From positions 20,125,440 through 20,164,402 of the forward strand of contig NC_068992.1 in NCBI RefSeq assembly GCF_001194135.2: a DNA stretch of 38,963 bases, read 5' to 3'. Position 1 is the first letter of the stretch; every line of letters starts with the position of its first letter. Below, piece by piece: positions 1 through 10,645 of the stretch. This stretch comes from Octopus bimaculoides (Eukaryota). The notes beneath the pieces are model-generated. The model saw only the letters and a list, made by a program, of their open reading frames with translations, did no database searches and was not told the DNA's origin. Made by a program: the position numbers and the translations under genes.

Positions 1-87
<87 letters not shown>
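1..87. repeat. (AAT)n microsatellite
   Basis: Perfect ATA/AAT trinucleotide run from the window start, ending in AAC units. Confidence 0.98.
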
Positions 88-91
<4 letters not shown>

Positions 92-831
92 CATCAACAG
101 CAATTGTATGAATTCCTCTAGTTGAACAGCATTTGATTTTAGCGAACGTCTATCTCAATTAGGACCAGTATTTATCTCATTCTTTTAAACATTAATAATG
201 TCTAAAAAAAATTTGCAAAACACTGAGACAGGCTGAAAGACACTTGCTGACGACTTCTTAGTCGTACGTTATAACAGGCTGAATTAAGTTGTTTTCTACA
301 GTATCATCACTTATTAAATTAATCTAATAGAGTATATAATTATATAAATATTGGATTTTTCACGAGCATTTGATCGACGATCATCTGATTTCTACTGTTA
401 ATATGTATATATTTGTTATGGTAATGTTACTGTCATCCTTTAAATTGCTTTTGATTTACTTAATACTGAATAATATTCAGTTTATTTCAGACGAAGTTAA
501 ACGTAGCTGTTTCCAAGTAAAATAATCGTTGTCACTTAGATCATGACATAAATACAAATAAGAAAATGCTTTTGATCATCATGTGGAGAAGTAAACTCAC
601 TTCAGGATGAAAACTCGATGATCATTGAATCATATACTTTCAATCTATTTCAATTAAAGCCAAAAATTATACATCAAAGCTCTGTTTTATTTCAAGTTCA
701 CCTACTTATAAGGTATTATTTGTAAGTGTCTGTCCGAAAAGACATGCAGGTGATACGCCTCCATTGACATTTCAAATGCTGCCAGATCGTGGTAGGGATT
801 TCACTATAGCGAAACATGTATAATAAATATA

Positions 832-1223
832 CAGCAGTGAGCCAAATTAGGTAAACGGTTACTTAAAATGAATGCAATGTTCTTTTCATTGCTCTATTTA
901 TTTTCTTAAACCTATGTGATTCATAAATCGACTGAGGGATCTGTTTAGAAATACCTATTTCTTGATTCTTGTGGACTTTGAGTCAATGCTTCATTCGCAA
1001 GCATTTCGTTTTCCTCGGCGGTAACACTGACAGGTAAACTACATTTCTGTGCATTGCATAAGGACACAGTCTGCTCAAATTTATCACGGATTCTGTAAAC
1101 TGTTTATCTTGACGTAGCTGATCTTTGAAATTCTTCAAATTTGTTAAACAGTTCTGCATGTTTTCTTTTCCAGTAATGCTTGTTGATCCATATTTATTCA
1201 TCATCGGTCAAATTTGTAGTCAT
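832..1223 (-). mobile_element. Internally deleted Tc1/mariner-superfamily remnant: DUF4817-type HTH N-terminus plus one TIR-like end
   Basis: The minus frame from ATG 1223 reads MTTNLTDDE*IWINKHYWKRKHAELFNKFEEFQRSATSR*TVYRIRDKFEQTVSLCNAQKCSLPVSVTAEENEMLANEALTQSPQES, then with frameshifts EIGISK/RSLSRFMNHIGLRK. This matches the recalled pattern LTxEERIW..YWK...PSRxTIYRIRDKFExTGSV...TEEN...SPxxSxR...GIS. A TA|CAGCAGTGAGCCAAA end sits at 830-846. No DDD/E domain is seen. Confidence 0.7.
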
Positions 1224-1552
1224 ATAATTGATATCTGAAAATAAGAATAATTTTATTATAGAAAGAATTAGCTAAAAAGAGCGTAGAATCATATAATTTT
1301 CATCTTTAAAATAAAGCAGAAATAGAAAGAACATTCCACTCATGTTGCTTTCAAATAGTTTCGTATAATGTTAGAAAATCCTTGGGAAGGCTGTCAGTTG
1401 ATTGCAGGAACCTCAATCCTTCGCTGGGACTTATTTTGGCCCAAAACGTAAAGACGGACACAGATGTGCTTAGTGAAATTGGAAGGCGTTCTGTTTGTTC
1501 TTAACAAGAAAATCGTTCCATACCTATAATAATTCTGTGCCTGGATATCACG

Positions 1553-2220
1553 CTATATGCGTCGAGTAGAAAACGTCACGAACGTCCTGGGACGCAGACC
1601 TGAACAAGAATTATTGAGGAACACCAGTAGTTTCACCAATATAATCCAGAGGAAAGGCCTCCAACCTGGACCGATACAGGTTTGCACCAAACTCATGCTA
1701 GTTGTTAGAATCTGGAAGCGAATGAGTGGAACAGATATCCAAAGGGTCTTTCTCGACCCTGTTAGGTTTCTGATAACCTGTCGTTCTTGATAGGGACACT
1801 TAAATGATGCCGAAAAGATGAAGCACATATTGACCTCGGTGGGGTTTGAATTCAGATGGAGGTAAATTGGGACAAATATGTCTTCTACCAGAAACACAAC
1901 CAATCCTCCCAGTTCACCCTCCACTAATGTTAAAACAACAAAACTAGATACTCGCACTGTACACCTATGCAACGCATTCTGGGGAGAATAGACAGAATAG
2001 ACCTTAGTCCATAGGAATACTCCAACGTGGCTAACCTAGAACCGAACATCATCTCTAGCGATAACGCTATCACAGCCAATAACACTACTACCATTTCCAC
2101 CACTATATCAATAGTGTTCAATATACTTTACATCTCTCTCATGGATTTGTGGTCCGTCTCTAATTTAGAGACAGACCGCCAAGAATGTGAATATGGACTG
2201 GGAGTCTTGGTTTACCTTTA
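1553..2220. other. Unclassified GC-elevated, coding-like decayed segment (probably TE-derived)
   Basis: Non-repetitive and more GC-rich than its flanks. One minus frame is open for ~160 codons. The codon-aligned plus frame reads protein-like with scattered stops. No motif recognised. Confidence 0.25.
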
Positions 2221-3691
2221 AATGCTTATACACACACACACTCGTATATATGTGTGTGTGTATGTGTGTTTATATATATTATGTATATATATATATNNNN
2301 NNNNNNNNNNNNNNNNNNNNNNNNNNNNNNNNNNNNNNNNNNNNNNNNNNNNNNNNNNNNNNNNNNNNNNNNNNNNNNNNNNNNNNNNNNNNNNNNNNNN
2401 NNNCATATATATACATACATATTATATACCTTTATAGATACATATTATATACCTTTATAGATATATATATATATATGCGTGTGTGTGTAGATATATACTC
2501 ATACATCTATATACAGATATACATTTATATAAGGGTCCATGAAGAAATATTCACATGTTTACGTACACCTACTTATATGTGTGTTTGTGAATTTGTACAG
2601 GCTTAATCGATGTACAGGAATGCAATTTTACCACCCTTTCCTTTAATGTATTTAGTGTGGTGTTTTCTCCCAAACGTCTTCCCATTCAGCATTCGCTGAA
2701 CAAAAGCATCTGGAATTATAACATTTAATTTAGTTCACATGCAGGAAAAGCGATAATTTTCCACATTATTAGAGAAACAATTATTTAATTGTGATTCTCA
2801 CACTTAAATCAAACAAGAAGGAAATAACTAACCAAGGAAGTAAAAATACGATTGAAAGGTTGCCAGTAGTGGAAGAAAGAATTTCCTAATAAGGAAGACC
2901 AATTGATTTATCCATCCTAATAGAAACAGAAATGTTAGCCAAAGAATGCGGAAAGAACGTAAAGTAAAGCAAACAAAAACAAGACAGGGAAATGAAACTA
3001 CAAGACAAGACAACCTGAGAATGACAAGAAAAAGATTGAACTAGACCAAATCAACTATCAATTAGTGTCTTCTGATTTGATTACATTTATTTTCGGTTGT
3101 CGAACTTTTTCTAAGTAATATTGCCTAGTTTTGCATTCAATTTTATCTTGCAGAATTTAGTTGCTTGTGATCCAGTTTTATGTAGCCAGCCATTTTCTCA
3201 AACAATACTTTTAACTAATTCGAGATTTTAAACATAATAGAAGTGATTAAATGTAGTTCTCAGGCAAGCTTACAATACTTTGTTTTGTACTCCATCTTAT
3301 ATTGCTTTTTAGACGTGTCCACTTGACACAAATAACTGCGTTTTCTTATGATTTGTGTTTTGTTTTATCTTCCTATAAAAAATAACCAAGATGAAAGATT
3401 ATGATAAATGGATACAATTAATGTCAAATAGAATATTTGCTTTGAGATAGCAGCTCACCTATCTAAATAATATATGAAGGCGAATATATTTCATTAAATT
3501 ATTGTTTGCATGGCAAAGAAAAAAAAGACGAAACTTTTAAATTATTGAAAAAATAACGTAACATTTCGTGGCCTATCAAAAATGTAAGACATTCTTCGTA
3601 GAACTGGAGTGAAATAGGGAATACACTTCAATAAAAATGAAATTCAGGAAATAATTATTTCTTATATTGAAAACTGGGAGATTATATTTTG

Positions 3692-4110
3692 CCTTATCTG
3701 TTTCTGTCATTAGACAGTGGCCATGCTGGGGCACCTCCTGAAAAGATTTCTAGTCGAATGAATAGACCCCTACATTTATTTTCTTATTCTATAACTGTAA
3801 TTTTGCCGGACGGCGAAGTTACACGGACGAAACATACAAACACCGGTTGCCAAGCGGTAGGAGGATATGCGCAGACACTGGAACAGATGCACATAGACAC
3901 ATATACACCCAACTTGTTTCTATTTCTCTGTTTATCTGTCTGTCTTACACTCTCTGTCTCTCTCTGTCTCTCTGTCTCTCTGTATACAAGACCGTGGTCG
4001 GCGGTAGGCTATAGTAGAAGATATTTGCCCAAGGTGCCACGTAGTAGGACTGAGCCCAGATCCATGTGGTTGGGAACCAAGGTTCTCACCACACAACAAT
4101 ACCTGCGCCT
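3692..4110 (-). mobile_element. tRNA-derived SINE, type A (common octopus-like family)
   Basis: The reverse complement starts AGGCGCAGG...GTGTGGTGAG...CCACATGG...GGCACCTTGGGCAAAT.TCTTCTACTATAGCC, has a central simple repeat, and ends GGAGGTGCCCCAGCATGGCCAC...TGACAGAAAC. Homologous to copies at 18.6-19.0, 21.07 and 28.43 kb. Confidence 0.85.
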
Positions 4111-4791
4111 ATGACTAAAGGTATAAGGCGTCAACTACATCACTACTTAGTAAATGGACATCTTAATATAGTCAAATGTGTTGCAAGTATTACGTCCATA
4201 AGTCTTCCATCTCTTGCTTAAACATCGCCCTCATGTCTTTCTCTCACCATCCTTAGACGTGCAGAAGCCGGGCAGAGACAGAAACCTTCCTTCTTTTACG
4301 AAGCCTTACATACATGTTTAATTCACGCTAAACAACTTTAACAACTATAAAACACCAATTAATCCCACCCGCTTCCCACGTCATAATAAGTTAAATTTGA
4401 GGGAGAGCACAAATTATATTTATCAAGATGAAACATGTAAACTGGTAGGCGAATTAATTTTCATAATGTTTGCTCAGATTAATAATTCTGACAAGCCAAA
4501 CAATTTGACGAAAAAAGAAATAGATAACTAAATAGAATAAGATAAATGCCTGCTCTGGAGTTCATTTGAGCTGGAGTATAGCAAATAATACTGACGTCTC
4601 CTTGCTATGTGGGTTTATATCTTGTAATGCGCAGTTTCTGGCATTCATCAATATATGAAGCTTAGACCTGCACAGCTATATACATACATATACATGTGGA
4701 CTTAAGTTTGAGTGTGTGCGTACATGTGACTATGCGCAAGCAAGCAAACAAACAAACACATTCACATTCATATAATACTAATGATAAAAAA

Positions 4792-4933
4792 TGGTTTCAA
4801 ATTTTGGCACAAGGCCAGCAGTTTCGAGGATCGGTGTGTAAGTCTATGACATCGATTCCAGTACTCAACTGTTACTTATTTTATCAAGCCCGAATTGACG
4901 AATGGCAAGGTCGACCCAGGCAGGATATGAACT
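4792..4933 (-). mobile_element. SINE type B, 5'-truncated
   Basis: Reverse complement AGTTCATATCCTGCCTGGGTCGACCTTGCC...GATAAAATAAGTAACAGTTGAGTACTGGAATCGATGTCATAGACTTA...GGCCTTGTGCCAAAATTTGAAACC aligns by eye to the type B copies at 13903 and 20849. Confidence 0.75.
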
Positions 4934-5027
4934 AGTAATAACAAATAGTAATAACAATAAAAATAATAATAGCAATAATAATAATTATAACAATAATAAT
5001 AATAAGAGCAATAATATAATTATAACA

Positions 5028-5072
<45 letters not shown>

Positions 5073-5115
5073 GTAGTAGTAGTAGTAGTAAAAAACAACA
5101 ACAACAACAACAATG

Positions 5116-5182
<67 letters not shown>
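4934..5182. repeat. Compound trinucleotide microsatellite (AAT/AGT/AAC/AAT)
   Basis: Direct reading. It produces the poly-N/I/V ORFs in the track. Confidence 0.97.
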
Positions 5183-5183
<1 letters not shown>

Positions 5184-5340
5184 CCTTTCTACTATAGGCA
5201 CAATTGGGGGAGGAGGATAGTCGATTACATCTCCCCCAGTTCTCAACTGGTATCTTATTTATCGACTTCGAAAGGGTGAAAGGCAATGTAGAACTCTGCT
5301 GAATTTGAACTCAGAAAGTTGCGGCAGATGAAATACTACT
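5183..5340 (-). mobile_element. SINE type B, head missing
   Basis: Reverse complement TTTCATCTG...TTCTGAGTTCAAATTCAGCAGAGTTC..CATTGCCTTTCACCCTTTCG..GTCGATAAATAAGATACCAGTTGAGAACTGGGG..GATGTAATCGACT...GTGCCTATAGTAGAAAGG. Confidence 0.8.
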
Positions 5341-5355
5341 AATGATTAAAAAATT

Positions 5356-5595
<240 letters not shown>

Positions 5596-7734
5596 ATCTT
5601 AATGATTGTGTGTGTGTGAATGTCGTGTGTGTGTGAATGTGGTGTGTGTGTGAATGCACAGTCAGTGACAAGGAAAGAGAAATGTCGGCAAGAGAGAATG
5701 AGAGAAAGATAACAGCACATGTAGGAAAAATGGAAATTGCATAGATATTTTTAAGTGTGGTATGTAATGGAATGATTATTGTGTAGCGTGGAGTAGAACT
5801 ATTGATGCACACACGTACAGAATAGGAGAAACAGGAACTATAATATTGGAAATATCAATATGAATATCTACTCTGCCTGCCAGCTGCCATTCACAGGTGA
5901 AGCCAATGTATTGATTCTGTTTATGAATTATAATTCAGTGGGAAATACAGCCATTTTCAAAAATGTACAGTTGTAACACAAGACATAACTGAAACAGGAA
6001 TGAATGTTCGAGATAATATATGGTCTATGAATGTCTCTTTCTCTCCCCCCCCTTTTTACATACACACATACACAGACACAGACTTGTATGCATATATATG
6101 TGTGTGTATACATATATGTGTGTGCGTATATATATATATATATATATATANNNNNNNNNNNNNNNNNNNNNNNNNNNNNNNNNNNNNNNNNNNNNNNNNN
6201 NNNNNNNNNNNNNNNNNNNNNNNNNNNNNNNNNNNNNNNNNNNNNNNNNNNNNNNNNNNNNNNNNNNNNNNNNNNNNNNNNNNNNNNNNNNNNNNNNNNN
6301 NNNNNNNNNNNNNNNNNNNNNNNNNNNNNNNNNNNNNNNNNNNNNNNNNNNNNNNNNNNNNNNNNNNNNNNNNNNNNNNNNNNNNNNNNNNNNNNNNNNN
6401 NNNNNNNNNNNNNNNNNNNNNNNNNNNNNNNNNNNNNNNNNNNNNNNNNNNNNNNNNNNNNNNNNNNNNNNNNNNNNNNNNNNNNNNNNNNNNNNNNNNN
6501 NNNNNNNNNNNNNNNNNNNNNNNNNNNNNNNNNNNNNNNNNNNNNNNNNNNNNNNNNNNNNNNNNNNNNNNNNNNNNNNNNNNNNNNNNNNNNNNNNNNN
6601 NNNNNNNNNNNNNNNNNNNNNNNNNNNNNNNNNNNNNNNNNNNNNNNNNNNNNNNNNNNNNNNNNNNNNNNNNNNNNNNNNNNNNNNNNNNNNNNNNNNN
6701 NNNNNNNNNNNNNNNNNNNNNNNNNTTATTTGATTTTTTTTTTTATTTAATTTTTTTTTATTTAATTTTTTTTTTTTGGTAACTTGTATTACGGGTTGTT
6801 GAAAGAACAGAGACGATGAAATATATGCCAGCTAGCGACATCTACTTAGATCAAAATAAATAGTGAGTTACGTTTCAACTTCTAACATTGCAAGTTTCTA
6901 GGGGAGGGGTTGAGGCCAAAGCACGTGTGTACTATTTGCGCTAACTCAGAGCAACACGATGGTTTGCTACTTTCACTAAAATAATAGCATCTAATTTAGG
7001 TGCACGACTAGCAATTTTAAAAGGAGTGAATCGTCGACCCGACCAAGCCCTCCCTCGTAGGAAACTATAATTGCAAACTATTCCATTCAACTAAGAATTT
7101 AACCAACTTATTAAACCATTATAAACCCGATTTTAATTTATTACAAGAACTGCCGGTTGTTACTAACAGAAATAGCAGTTTGCGTGGTACTTCTAGCAGT
7201 GGCAACATCAGCTGCAGCAGGTGCAGCAGCAAAAAGAGAAACGGCAGCAAGAGAAGCAGCATACAGCAGCTGCACACTCTTGAAAAGATTTTTATTGCCA
7301 TTAACATGGCATCAACCTCGTCGCAATGACAAGAGTTTCTTATATGTGTGTTTGTGTGCTTGTGTGTCTGTGTGTATGTGCGTATGTATGTATGTATGTA
7401 TGTATGTATGTATGTATGTGTGTAAAGGAAACAGTTAAACGGTTTTGCTTTAAGCTACGATTATTATTTTGAAGAAACAAAGACGGAACGTTTCCATGAA
7501 GTACATCGCTGTGTATATGGTTTCGAGAAGCGGTTAATTTCTGCTGTTGCTAGAAGCACTATTGGTGTCCTGTAAAACACAAGTGGGTGTATATTGTTTC
7601 GGCACTTGCTACAAAAGTTTGATTCGTTTATTTAGTAGTGTCTACTATATGCCAGATATCAACGTTGTATATTTAGTTCGAAATGATATAAACAGTGTAC
7701 CATGATTGAGTGCCGTTAGGAAATACACATCTAA

Positions 7735-7808
7735 GGAAAGACAGAAGACAAAGCTAGAAAAACAAAATTTTGGAAAGACAGAAGACAGAGCTGGAAATAT
7801 AACATTTT
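7735..7808. repeat. 37-bp tandem duplication (2 copies)
   Basis: GGAAAGACAGAAGACAAAGCTAGAAAAACAAAATTTT followed by GGAAAGACAGAAGACAGAGCTGGAAATATAACATTTT. Confidence 0.85.
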
Positions 7809-8088
7809 AGATTGTAAAAGAAATACAACTTCAAGTTGAAATGTAACAAGGGATACTGAATTAAAAGTAGAAATTACAGAAATAAGTTTAAATACCAATC
7901 AGTAAAATAAAATATGATAAATTCATTTCATTAATATACAAGAATGAGTTTTTATGAAGACAGCAGTATTAAGAAAAAGGAAGAGAAATTTATGGTACCA
8001 AAAATATATTCTAGTAATAGACAGAGCGAAATAGATTGAGAGAAAGATTTAGAAAGGGAAATACAGAAGGAAAAAAACGGAGAAGTTG

Positions 8089-8132
8089 AGAACGTCTCGG
8101 CAGTGATATAAGAACGTCTCGGCATTGATATA
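8089..8132. repeat. 22-bp tandem duplication (2 copies, 1 mismatch)
   Basis: AGAACGTCTCGGCAGTGATATA / AGAACGTCTCGGCATTGATATA. Confidence 0.9.
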
Positions 8133-9269
8133 AGAAAATATTCTCAAGTTATCTCGAGAAAAGCATCCAGAGAGAGAGAAAATATGATCGATAATTTATA
8201 TTAAGTGAGGTGATGGGAAGAGCTGATCGTAAAAGCAATGAATAAAATTTAACTGCAATTAACTCAATCGAAACTATCACTGAGTTGTGATAAATATAAA
8301 ATATATCTCTCAAATCGTCTCACTTTATAGTTTGCTTAAATAAGAAAATAAAACGAAACGCAAAAAGTGCTGAAGTAAACTGAAGAAAACAACTAATACA
8401 AACATACATACATGCATACATACTTACATACATACATACATATATAAATACATGCACACACACACACATACACATGCACACATATACGCGTGTTGGTATA
8501 TACGCTTCTTTCGTTGAATAATCTTGTTAAATAGTTGGATTAACCATAAACACGTTACGACTGTCATTTTCACAGTCTATATAATCAATACGTCTCTAAT
8601 TTAATTTATATATACATCATTTCGTATTATTTTGACGTTATTTTGCAATTGACCCATTTTCTGTCTAATAAGTGACCATTCGTAAATATCAGTTACATGA
8701 TTAGAGTAGGAGCAAAGGTCTGAGGTGCAACGTAGCAATCTCAACATTACTTCAAGTAATTAATCTTAACTTCTGTATCCANNNNNNNNNNNNNNNNNNN
8801 NNNNNNNNNNNNNNNNNNNNNNNNNNNNNNNNNNNNNNNNNNNNNNNNNNNNNNNNNNNNNNNNNNNNNNNNNNNNNNNNNNNNNNNNNNNNNNNNNNNN
8901 NNNNNNNNNNNNNNNNNNNNNNNNNNNNNNNNNNNNNNNNNNNNNNNNNNNNNNNNNNNNNNNNNNNNNNNNNNNNNNNNNNNNNNNNNNNNNNNNNNNN
9001 NNNNNNNNNNNNNNNNNNNNNNNNNNNNNNNNNNNATATATATTTGTATATCCGCCTTCTGTCCGTAAGTACACTCACAGTTAATGTATATGTATACATT
9101 AACTGTCATGGTTATGAAACAGCTGTAAAATAATAGCATAAATAGCTATTTTCCCACTTCACAGCTCTCATCAATTGATATATAAACATATATGGATACA
9201 TACATACAAACACATCTACACAAACACACACGCACATACACACAGATATTTATGTATATGCATATATAT

Positions 9270-9305
<36 letters not shown>

Positions 9306-9306
<1 letters not shown>

Positions 9307-9594
9307 GTTACGAACGCCCGCGCGCGAAGCACCACCTTAACACCGAAGAGGGGACTCGCGCATGCGCGAACTTTCAACACTCAGTGAGCTAGCAAATTCG
9401 TCTGTCGGTCACCTGACCGCGATAATAAAGCCCCGGCTGGAGCACGTAACGAAGAACAACACAGGCAAATAGGACGGGGAGGAAGAAACAACACGAAGAC
9501 CATGCGTTGGGTAACCTTTTCTTTTTACATACATAACATCACAGAATACATTTAAAACATTAGAATAGAGCATTACATAATAACAATTCCAATA
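9306..9594. mobile_element. Possible LTR or other TE fragment, truncated by a gap
   Basis: Abrupt switch from (TA)n to GC/CpG-rich sequence starting TGTTACG (an LTR-like terminus), with AATAAA at 9424-9429. It runs into an 841-nt N gap. No PBS or second LTR is visible. Confidence 0.3.
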
Positions 9595-10645
9595 NNNNNN
9601 NNNNNNNNNNNNNNNNNNNNNNNNNNNNNNNNNNNNNNNNNNNNNNNNNNNNNNNNNNNNNNNNNNNNNNNNNNNNNNNNNNNNNNNNNNNNNNNNNNNN
9701 NNNNNNNNNNNNNNNNNNNNNNNNNNNNNNNNNNNNNNNNNNNNNNNNNNNNNNNNNNNNNNNNNNNNNNNNNNNNNNNNNNNNNNNNNNNNNNNNNNNN
9801 NNNNNNNNNNNNNNNNNNNNNNNNNNNNNNNNNNNNNNNNNNNNNNNNNNNNNNNNNNNNNNNNNNNNNNNNNNNNNNNNNNNNNNNNNNNNNNNNNNNN
9901 NNNNNNNNNNNNNNNNNNNNNNNNNNNNNNNNNNNNNNNNNNNNNNNNNNNNNNNNNNNNNNNNNNNNNNNNNNNNNNNNNNNNNNNNNNNNNNNNNNNN
10001 NNNNNNNNNNNNNNNNNNNNNNNNNNNNNNNNNNNNNNNNNNNNNNNNNNNNNNNNNNNNNNNNNNNNNNNNNNNNNNNNNNNNNNNNNNNNNNNNNNNN
10101 NNNNNNNNNNNNNNNNNNNNNNNNNNNNNNNNNNNNNNNNNNNNNNNNNNNNNNNNNNNNNNNNNNNNNNNNNNNNNNNNNNNNNNNNNNNNNNNNNNNN
10201 NNNNNNNNNNNNNNNNNNNNNNNNNNNNNNNNNNNNNNNNNNNNNNNNNNNNNNNNNNNNNNNNNNNNNNNNNNNNNNNNNNNNNNNNNNNNNNNNNNNN
10301 NNNNNNNNNNNNNNNNNNNNNNNNNNNNNNNNNNNNNNNNNNNNNNNNNNNNNNNNNNNNNNNNNNNNNNNNNNNNNNNNNNNNNNNNNNNNNNNNNNNN
10401 NNNNNNNNNNNNNNNNNNNNNNNNNNNNNNNNNNNTATATATATATATATATATATTTATACATATTCCTAGTGAAGGCGGGTTTATGACCTCAAGAGGT
10501 CATAGGCTAACAAGTCTTGGGGTCTGATGATACGCTATAAAGTTAAACCCTTTACGAACTGGACACCTTGAGGGTAATCCCATTTACCGGCCCTCCCTAG
10601 AGAGTGCCTTTCCGGATATATGCTTTTCTAAAAACAATATATATA

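Noticed and set aside
983-1204. 73-aa ORF MMNKYGST...
   Set aside because: An alternative frame of the decayed transposase. The informative frame is a different one with stops.
6000-6782. Long ORFs spanning X runs (also 8747-9139, 9409-10464, 11829-12093, 30266-30814, 32768-33429)
   Set aside because: Artefacts of N gaps plus (TA)/(CA) repeats.
7119-7307. Leu-rich minus ORF resembling a TM or GPI segment
   Set aside because: Derived from the degenerate (CTG)n/(GCA)n tract; no splice or homology support.
7735-8132. Short direct repeats as a CRISPR-like array
   Set aside because: Only two adjacent copies each, no spacers, eukaryotic context.
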